From: Octopus vulgaris
Taxonomy: Eukaryota
DNA length: 64,000 bases
Reading direction: 5' to 3'
Assembly: GCA_951406725.2 (NCBI GenBank)
Contig: OX597839.1
Location: forward strand, 40,734,001 to 40,798,000
The position numbers were made by a program, and so were the translations under genes. The notes below the pieces were generated by a model. The model had not been told where the DNA came from. It saw only the letters and a program-made list of their open reading frames with translations, and did not search any database. Positions 53,509 through 64,000 of the stretch are shown one piece after another. How positions within the stretch are numbered: position 1 is the first letter of the stretch; every line of letters starts with the position of its first letter.

Positions 53509-54464
53509 TCGTTGAAGTAATGTTTATCGCCACTTCAATATGGCAGTTCGATATAAACCGACGCTACTAGCGCTTTTGATCCCAGGAGAAGCCTCTTCCA
53601 GCCGGTTATCATTGCAATCTGCACCCGATATATATTGTGAAACAGGGAAGCGAACTCCTCCCATCTTCTAGCAGACGACGGGACCATCAGACCGTACGGT
53701 TTTGAGTTATAACAAGCTATTTTGCTTGCTATTCGTTTTATTACCATAATGTCCCCACCCGCGGGTAAATATTACATAGGATAACGGGGCTCTATATACC
53801 ATAATTCGTACCCGGAGATGCTCATATCTAGAATACATTTCTCCTTAGTTTTGATCTATCTTGGCTGGCTGGTTGGCTGGTTGGCTGGCTGGCTGGTGTT
53901 AAACAACGACAACAGCATGAACACAAGAACAATTTCATTAGAAAATTACATGTGTGAATAATTTTCAAAATGGCTGCTCATTTTGTTTATGTCTGTTTGT
54001 CCATCTATTCTAAAATCTCATCAAATGAGTTGTATACACAAAAGAAAGCAGAAGAAAAGAAGATGGAAGAATGGCGGATTGCGAGCGCACAAATGACAGA
54101 GGGTGAGGGGGAGTGTGAGACAGATAGAGAGAGAGAGAGAGAAAGAGAGAAAGAGAGAAAGAGAGAAATGTGAGAGGTATGGATAAAAAAAAAAACAGTA
54201 GGAAACTAGATCATTTGCATATATATACTTGATTCGGCGTCCTGCTAGTTTACATTCGAAAATTTATGTATTTATGTATTCTGTAATGGAAGTTTAAATA
54301 TATGCCATACACATGTTATACACTCTCGTAAATATGGATAATACGTACTGGAATATATTTTGTTTGTGCCCCCAGTATGGTGTTGGCCATGACTACTAAA
54401 ACGAAATAAAGAGCATATAATGTTATGTATATAAGTGTGTGTGTGTGTGTGTGTGTGTATAAAT

Positions 54465-54538
<74 letters not shown>

Positions 54539-54598
54539 ACATATACATATATATATGTATACATATACACATATATATATATATATATACATATATTA

Positions 54599-54629
<31 letters not shown>

Positions 54630-54654
54630 TATATATATATGCATATATATACAC

Positions 54655-54701
<47 letters not shown>

Positions 54702-54741
54702 TATATATACATATACATGTGCCATATAATCACAGATAAAG

Positions 54742-54775
<34 letters not shown>

Positions 54776-55374
54776 ATACACAATTGTGTTTACAAAGATA
54801 CACGCATATGTACACATGAACGCATTAAGTAACACACGCATACACACACACACACACACACACGTGCGTGTGCTAACGTCTTTCACAAATGTTTCAATGA
54901 GGACCTGTCTCGCTCAATGGAAGCAGTGTCTCTGTTTATTTGCAACATGTACTGCATAACAATACAAACACCATTAACAACAGCAACAGCAACAACAATA
55001 ACAACTATGACAACAACAATAACAACAACGACACCAACTACGACAATGTCTATACGTCATGAACACACGTCTAAAGGCGTTTTGACGATATGATAATATT
55101 CACCCTGTCTTAACCTCTTGCTTCACTGGGTGTATATAACAAGCATTTTGGTGGTATAGAGTCTTAAATGTCCAAAACGAAACTAACTACAAGAAGGACA
55201 AAAGATTATCGGAAGGAAAAGGAAAAAGAGATGTAAGGATGACGGAGAGAGTAAGTACAGAGTAAGTATGAGGTAGTGAACAGTTTAGTGTTATATGTAT
55301 ATATGCATATGTACACACACACACACACATATGTATATATGTCTTTGTATATATATGTAAATATATATATATAT

Positions 55375-55420
<46 letters not shown>

Positions 55421-55490
55421 GGATAGATAGATAGATAGAGACAGACAGACAGACAGACAGACAGATAAACAGACAGACAGACAGACAGAC

Positions 55491-55549
<59 letters not shown>

Positions 55550-55745
55550 CAGATAGATATGATATATTTGTATGTGTATATATATATGTATATATATTTG
55601 TATATACATACATATATATGTATATTAGAACGTTTGGGGATGATGTACAGGTATGATATATTAGAAGAAATGAGGTACTCAGAAATCCGGATGGTTTTAT
55701 ATTTACAGATATTTATTAGTATGTTACATGCTTTTACATATCATA

Positions 55746-56619
55746 CTAGCATTAAAGACCCGTCGTTGCCGGGTCATAGTGCTAGTGCATGTATATATGT
55801 GTATATATGTGTGTACATATTACATGTACATCTATATTTATACATCTACACATAAAATGCAAAATACAAAGTTATATCTTGATATCGCTAGTGATAACAA
55901 TACACAAAATATATAACAGACTGGAATTGTTAGCTCTTCTTTTTTCTCTACATTGTATACTTTATAGACAATAGTCTTTTCTTTAATTTAATTTTTTATT
56001 ATCCATCTGGACTATTCCATTTCTCCACGCTAATTATATTTTTAATTTATTCCCATTCATGTGAAACCACTTATTCAAGTTCAAATCATTGATGCAATTT
56101 TATACCAATTGCTATTTTTACTTTTGTATGTTACGATTATATTATACTTTAGTTTGATTTTAATTATTACTTACTACATATAATTCAATTGCTATTATTA
56201 TTTTTATTGTTAAAGTGAAAGTATCTGACATAAAATAGAGAAATATTTTTGTTTCACTTTTAACACGTAATACTGAAATAGTGGAGAAGATATGATATTG
56301 CTATGGGCTCGCTCTAGGCAAGAAGTTGAACATTTTTTTGGCACACAGAAACTACATGGACCCTAAGTAAGGCATGTGTAAAATTTGAATGAAATTGGTT
56401 GTGTAGTTCTCAAGTTTTAGGGAATCGTAGTGGAGAAGATATGATATTGCTGTGGGCTCGTCCTAGGCAAAAAGTAAAAAAATTTTTGCCGATGACACTC
56501 CACGGACCCTAAGTAAGGAATGTGTAAAATTTGAATGAAATTGGTTTTGTAGTTCTCAAGTTTTAGGGAAGCAGACAGACAGACAGACACACATTCTCAG
56601 TTTTATATATATATAAAGA
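55746..56619 (-). mobile_element. Non-autonomous Helitron with an internal ~149-bp tandem duplication
   Basis: A|TCtttatata 5' end; gacccg-tcgttgc-cgggtc hairpin and CTAG|T 3' end; 56279-56424 is repeated at 56428-56570. Confidence 0.8.
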
Positions 56620-56729
56620 TATATATAATAGCGCTTTCGTCCATTCTAGTGGAGTCTTCAAATTGAAATAAGTTTCTACAGAAATTTTGACTCTTTTGGC
56701 ATATATATATATATATATATATTTATCCA

Positions 56730-57249
56730 TACACACATACATACATACATGCATACATACATACATGCATACATACATACATATATGCATACATACATAC
56801 ATATATACATACATATATAGATACATTCATCATACATACAAACATACATACATGCATGCATGCATACATACATACATATATGCATACATACATACATGCA
56901 TACATACATACATATATGCATACATACATACATACATACATACATACATACATACATACATACACACATACATACAAACATACAAACATACATACATACA
57001 CACACACACATACATACATATATGCATACATACATATATACATACATATATAGATACATTCATCATACATACATACATACATGCATGCATGCATACATAC
57101 ATACATACATACATACATACACACATACATACATACATACATACATACATACATACATACATACATACATACATACATACATGCATACATACATACATAC
57201 ATACACACATACATACATACATACATACATACATACATACATACATACA

Positions 57250-57282
<33 letters not shown>

Positions 57283-57532
57283 GCATACATACATATATAC
57301 ATACATATATAGATACATTCATCATACATACATACATACATGCATGCATGCATACATACATACATATATGCATACATACATACATACATGCATACATACA
57401 TACATATATGCATACATACATACATACATACGTATATACATACATACATACATACATACACACATACATACATACATACATACATACATACATACATACA
57501 TACATACATACATACATACATACATACATACA

Positions 57533-57566
<34 letters not shown>

Positions 57567-57600
57567 CATACATACATACATACATACATACATACATACA

Positions 57601-57630
<30 letters not shown>
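56730..57630. repeat. (CATA)n array with a higher-order unit of ~233-259 bp
   Basis: tagatacattcatcatac at 56818, 57051 and 57310. Confidence 0.9.
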
Positions 57631-57631
<1 letters not shown>

Positions 57632-58862
57632 CTGCATCCCTAGAAAGCACTACAAAAATAATCTGGCGCATTTTCGGATACATGTCGCCATCTTCCAGAC
57701 CATTTGTTCAACTTTTTCACAGCTCGCTCCATTAGGACTGTGAACATAGTGAATATTTCTTTGATATGAAGAAACTTGACACCTGTACTCCAAGATTGAC
57801 CTGTCCATAAAACCTCCGAAGATAATCCGTAATGTTATCGCGTCTTTAACCACACAATAGCGTTTACGAGTTTACGAAAAGAATGGAAATATTCAGAAAA
57901 TCTCCTTCATTGAATACATATATGTGTGTGTGTGTGTATACATACTCAGTCTCACATACACACACACACACACACACACTCACATACACACACATACACA
58001 CACACACACATATATATATATATGTGTGAAGAGAGAGAGATATCAAAACGCATAGATATGTGTGTGTATGTATGTATATATGTACATATATGTACATATA
58101 TGTATATATATGTAAATATATATAATGTATATATATATATATATATATATATATTATGTATACCTCTCTATATATGTATAAACAGTATACACAAATTTGT
58201 ATGTATATATATATATATATATGTATGAATGTATATATATATATACATATATATATATTTATATATACATATATATATACATACATACATATATATGAAT
58301 ATATATACATATACATATATACATATGCGAGTAAGCAAATGTATATACATGCATAATATGCTCAGGTACACAGACATATATACACACATGCATATATACA
58401 TATAATCATATATATATATATATATATATATATTAAATATGTGCATACATACATATATACATATATATACATATATATACATGCACACATATGTGCACAC
58501 ACTCGAACATACACAAATATATATGAGTAATTTTGTGAGGCACAGCTTATTTGTGCCGTTTCACTCCATTGCATGTGGCGATAATTCGCCCTAATAAGGG
58601 TAGAACATGCGCAGTTATGGAGCTAATATTGATGCGACAAGGAAGGACGGACCGCGGGTATTGGTAAATCGATCGATCAATTGGTTTATCACAGAACAGC
58701 ATGTGAACTAACATTCAGTGAACTTACTCGGTGGACCGTGTCACCAGCACACACCTGGCTTATAATGGATAACGCAGCGTGTCACCTTTGATTCTTATCT
58801 CCCTTTCCTCTCCCTTTCTCTCTCTCTCTGTCTCTTTCACTCTCTCACTCTCTATTATGCAT

Positions 58863-58911
<49 letters not shown>

Positions 58912-58959
58912 CATTTATATATGCGTGTATGTATATGTATATATACATTTATATATATA

Positions 58960-58998
<39 letters not shown>

Positions 58999-59246
58999 CA
59001 GATATATATATACGTATGTGTGTATAAATATATATATACATATATATATAAATATATATATACATACATATATAGAGATAGGTTTAAGAGACAGAATCAC
59101 CCTCAAGCAACTCAATCATCATTGATCACATTATCCACGATAGGTAATATAGGACTAAATATTAAAATTTATTAAAATTAATATCTACAATTCTTATTGT
59201 AAATCAGATACATTACATTATATAAACTACATACGGACAGATACAT

Positions 59247-59278
<32 letters not shown>

Positions 59279-59373
59279 GGGAGGTGAGAGTTCACGAAAA
59301 AAACAGAAGACGAAGACAGGTGGTGTACAAAAGAAACAGATGTATTAGTATAACGCTCAGGAATAGGAAAAGT

Positions 59374-59409
59374 CTTTTACGTTTCGAGCCTACGCTCTTC
59401 GACAGAAAG
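59374..59409 (-). ncRNA. Minimal variant hammerhead-like motif in a ~195-bp (TA)n-bounded unit
   Basis: cuuu-CUGUCGA-A-GAGC(guag)GCUC-GAAA-CG-U-A-aaag. Confidence 0.55.
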
Positions 59410-59469
59410 GGTTACAGAAAAAAAAAAAAAGGAGAGAAACAAGGAGAGAAAAACATGTGTGTAGTGGCT

Positions 59470-59539
<70 letters not shown>

Positions 59540-59807
59540 GAAATATTAAAATTACTAAGTCTCTCTAAAAGAGATTACGGCAGCGTTACTGGAAATTAAT
59601 TGTTATCGCCAGATTAATATGGCAGTCTTATAGATATAAGACTAAAGCTGTCGCTGATTAGCTCCATGAGGCCATCGCCTTAAGCTAGCTATTTGACACA
59701 CAAACTGTGTCCATTATAACCTTCGAACAAGGGAGGTCAGCCGCTTCACACTGCCAGAATACTTGTATCTATATATGAATGTATTTATGTATGTCTGAAT
59801 ATCTCTA

Positions 59808-60038
59808 TGTAGGTAGGTAGGTAGGTAGGTAGGTAGGTAGGTAGGTAGGTAGGTAGGTAGGTAGGTAGGTAGGTAGGTAGGTAGGTAGGTATGTAGGTAG
59901 GTAGGTAGGTAGGTAGGTAGGTAGGTAGGTAGGTAGGTAGGTAGGTAGGTAGGTAGGTAGGTAGGTAGGTATGTAGGTAGGTAGGTAGGTAGGTAGGTAG
60001 GTAGGTAGGTAGGTAGGTAGGTAGGCAGGCAGGTAGGT
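59808..60038. repeat. (GTAG)n array
   Basis: Direct reading. Confidence 0.95.
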
Positions 60039-60403
60039 ACGCAAATATAATTTCGGCATCGCAGTCGGTGCCTGATCCCGGAATCTGAACTATATGCGTA
60101 ATGATGCATCATTCCGTTATCGCGAGTACATATTACAATAATGGCAATAATGTGAAGCCTTTTGCTTATTTGATTCTGAGATATTTTAAGATAATGAAAA
60201 CCATTCTGATACTGCGAATGTATTTTTTTTTTTTTTTCTCATCTGGACTATTGCTCCCAACTGTGGTCTCTACATAGGTAAAAACAAACACCAGAGCCCG
60301 AGGCAATCCAATGCTGTTGCGCAAAATTTGCACCAAAAAAATAGTAGGGACTAAAAGAACTATGATTCTACTCGCTAGTACAGAGATGTAAAAGTAACTT
60401 GTG

Positions 60404-60478
<75 letters not shown>

Positions 60479-60889
60479 GGTACGTACATTTGATCACTAT
60501 AAGCAAATCATTTGAGCAGATCGTTCGCCAAGAGCTCGACTGGAGAGTCCATCATCTATATATATGTGAATATGTTTCGCTATACATATGTGTGCGTACG
60601 TGTGTGTGTGTGTGTGTGTGTGTATCTGTGTGTGTGTGTATCTGTGTGTGTGTATCTGTGTGTGTGTGTATCTGTGTGTGTGTATCTGTGTGTGTGTATC
60701 TGTGTGTGTGTATCTGCGTGTGTGTGCTTGAATGTGTGTGTGTGTGTGTATCTGTGTGTGCTTGAATGTGTGTGTGTAAGTATAGCATAAGTATTCATCT
60801 CTCCCTTTAACCGTCTTTCGCTATTTTTCCCTCTTTTACCTTCCCCTTACTCTGTCTCTTTCAATCTCTCTCTCCTTCCCTCCCTCCCT

Positions 60890-60955
<66 letters not shown>

Positions 60956-61323
60956 CTGACACGTTTCTAGGTTACACTGACATCCCTCCTGGACCGGGCC
61001 AAACACCGCTAATCGATAATACAACATAAGCAATATACAATCACTTTGTATTGTGTTTGTTCTTGTCAACGGTCGGCTGTTACAACTTCTCTTTGTGGAT
61101 ATTTTTTTTAGCATTTTATTGTTCTTTTTATTTCATTCTATTGCATTTCTTTATTAATTTCAGGTTTTTGTTGTTGTTGTTGTTGTTGTTGCTGCTGTTG
61201 TTGTTGTTCTGATTCACTTGGTACCTCACGTGAAAATGTACGATTCGTTAAATTTGTATTTGTACCTATGTATGTGTGTGTGTATGTGTGTGTGAATACA
61301 TATATATATACATACTCACGAAC

Positions 61324-61371
<48 letters not shown>

Positions 61372-61735
61372 CTATATAAATATATATACGCACGCATATA
61401 TATATCTACATACAAGCACATGCATGAGCGTGTATATATTTACAAATATATATGCATATTTGTATCCCTATATGTGGGTATATATATCTATCTATATATA
61501 TACGTATGTATATGTATATGCATGTATATATATATGTATGTGTGTGTATATGTGAATGTGTGAGTGTGTGTGTGTGTGTGTCTGCGTATGTAGATATGTA
61601 TATGCATATATTTAAACAAAGGCACACCTGCGCACACGCACTCACATATATCATTACATATATATATTTCCAAAAACATATATATATATATATATATCCA
61701 AACTTTCTAATATACATACATATATATATATATAT

Positions 61736-61801
<66 letters not shown>

Positions 61802-61809
61802 GTATATAC

Positions 61810-61846
<37 letters not shown>

Positions 61847-62035
61847 CGTATAATATGCATATATGTATACAAAAACATTTGTGTGTATGTATGCGTAACA
61901 TCTAAGGGAGTCACTGAACTTTAAAACTACACACACACACACACATATTTATGTGTGTGCATGTATGTATGCATGTATATACATGCGTACATATATGCAA
62001 ACATATACCACGTACATCCATCAATGCATTCAAAC

Positions 62036-62076
<41 letters not shown>

Positions 62077-62079
62077 TGC

Positions 62080-62123
<44 letters not shown>

Positions 62124-63164
62124 GCTTGATTGTGTATATATATGTGTTAATGTATATATATATGTGTTAATGTATATATATATGCATAAGTATGTTTATA
62201 TGAGTGTGTATATTTGTGTGCATATATATATATACATATATATGTGCGTGTGTTTCTGTATGTATGTGTGTGTATACATGTATATGTGTGAAAGAAAGAA
62301 AGAAAGAAAGGAAAAAAAAAAGAAAAAAAAGACTTTATTCCTATACTTGGTGACATGGTCGACTTAGCTGAAACCGTGCACACAGACACACACACACACA
62401 CACACACAAACACCAAACAAAAAGAACTCCCACACACAACATACTCTTACATACACAAACACGCAAACACACACACACACACACAGCGATACCTACTCAC
62501 ACCCACACACAGATGCGCATGCACATTAAAAGTTTACGTAAGAGAACGTTTATTATCATCTCACCACCCGAACCTACCCTTACTCCTAACCCGCAAGCAA
62601 ACCTTTCCTCCATCTTTCGCCGTTCACAACCCACAGGACACTTTACACAATAACATTACAATATTTAGGCGGAGTTTTTATTGTCCATTCAGGCCTTAAT
62701 CCAGTCACAAACAACTTGTTTTGCTTTCAAAAGACTTGACTTAACGCTCTGTGGCTTCCATTATTGCGTCAAACCGCTTGTTCCGTCTTCCTGCTCGCCT
62801 TCCTGTCTCTCTGCCTGCCTGCCTGCCTGCCTGTCTCTGCTTCTCTGTCTTTCTGTGTGTCTGTCTGTCTGTCTGTCTCCCTTCGTATATGTCTCTATGT
62901 ACTTCCGGCATTCTGTTTATATCGATTAGTTTGGGGTTTTTTTATACTTTTATTTTTGTCTTTTTATCTTTTACTTGTTTCAGTCATTGAACTGCGGTCC
63001 ATGCTGGGGCACTGCCTCGTAGATTTTTAGTTGAAGAAATCGACTCCTAAACTTCTGTTATTATTTGTTTGTTTGTTTGTTTGTTTGTTTTTTAAGTGTG
63101 GTATTTATTCTATCGTAACTTTTGCCGAACTGCTCACTTACGGGGACGTAAATAAACCAATACC

Positions 63165-63396
63165 TATTTCTTTATTACCCACAAGGGGCTAAACATAGAG
63201 GGGACAAACAAGGACAGACATAGGTATTAAGTCGATTACATCGACCCCAGTGCATAACTGGTACTTAATTTATCGACCCCGAAAGGATGAAAGGCAAAGT
63301 CAACCTCGGCGGAATTTGAACTCAGAACGTTGCGACAGACGAAATACCGCTAAGCATTTCGCATGGCGCGCTAACGTTTCTGCCAGCTCGCCGCCT
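63165..63396 (-). mobile_element. SINE family A with a 16-bp TSD, nested in an older family B fragment (62965-63430)
   Basis: taaataaaccaatacc at 63149-63164 and 63397-63412. Confidence 0.93.
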
Positions 63397-63562
63397 TAAA
63401 TAAACCAATACCGGTTATCAAGGTAGGAACAAGCTTAAACACAAAGACACGTGCAATTATGTGTGTGTGTGCGTGCACGCTCGTGTATATACATATGCAT
63501 ACACACGCATATGTATATTATGTATCAATACCAAAAGAGCCTAAATTCATGACTCGGGATCC

Positions 63563-63965
63563 TGTCCACTTAACCAACGGTGTATGACTAAATCTATTTC
63601 ATATGAGGCAGAAGTAACTGCAACCCTAGATAATAATACAACTGATAAGAAGACCTATACTGGATTATGTGAAGGTGATTTAAAAAAATCGCTATGCCAA
63701 TCATATAACCTCCTTCCGACATAAGGACAAAAAGCAAAGCTACTAAGTTGGCTAGCTACGTATGGAGTTTGAAGGTAACGTAACAACACATGTGATTAAG
63801 TGGAAATAATTGACAAATCCATACCTTATGTTAATAGATTGAAGTAAGCCTTGTTTAACTAAAAGAGCGCAGATCATGATTGTTCTTAACTCTCTACCGA
63901 ATTCTAGCCCTGAAATTTTCAGCAGTAGCAAGCATATGTATAAATATATTCTGAATAACTGGAAA
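63563..63965 (+). mobile_element. Degraded Penelope-like GIY-YIG endonuclease fragment, second lineage
   Basis: CPLNQRCMTKSISYEAEV...KKTYTGLCEGD/NRYANHITSFRHK/ATKLASYVWSLK..IKW..IDKSIPY..NSSPEIFSSSKH, with frameshifts. Confidence 0.8.
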
Positions 63966-64000
63966 ACTCCGCCTATTCCTGATTAACTTGTTGATATCTT

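Noticed and set aside
56818-57330. Regularly spaced repeats resembling a CRISPR array
   Set aside because: The spacers are microsatellite sequence, the context is eukaryotic and there are no cas genes
57650-57853. ORF containing RSILEYRCQV, possible LINE post-RT remnant
   Set aside because: A single short motif is too weak to assign
60955-61000. Minus-strand GAAACGUGUC
   Set aside because: No CUGANGA-like core upstream

Overview
AT-rich, microsatellite-saturated animal DNA. The SINE families and the repeat landscape suggest an octopus or other coleoid cephalopod, but that is inference. No intact host gene can be supported: almost all ORFs in the track are translations of simple repeats, and only a few weak exon candidates exist. 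Between the microsatellites lie many mobile-element pieces: three tRNA-derived SINE families, two different R4/Dong-clade (RT + restriction-like endonuclease) retrotransposons, RTE, CR1/L2 and Tx1/L1 fragments, Tc1/mariner fragments, an internally deleted mariner with both TIRs, non-autonomous Helitrons and two Penelope-like GIY-YIG fragments. There are two main observations. (1) Several families of short units, mostly bounded by (TA)n, carry minimal type-I hammerhead ribozyme motifs. One is near-canonical (27811-27869) and lies beside a Penelope GIY-YIG fragment, and one pair of copies shows compensatory base changes in helix I. (2) The two R4-clade elements sit in different microsatellites, one in (TAA)n and one in (CATA)n, which suggests lineage-specific microsatellite targeting. 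All structures and translations were read by eye; boundaries of degraded elements are approximate.
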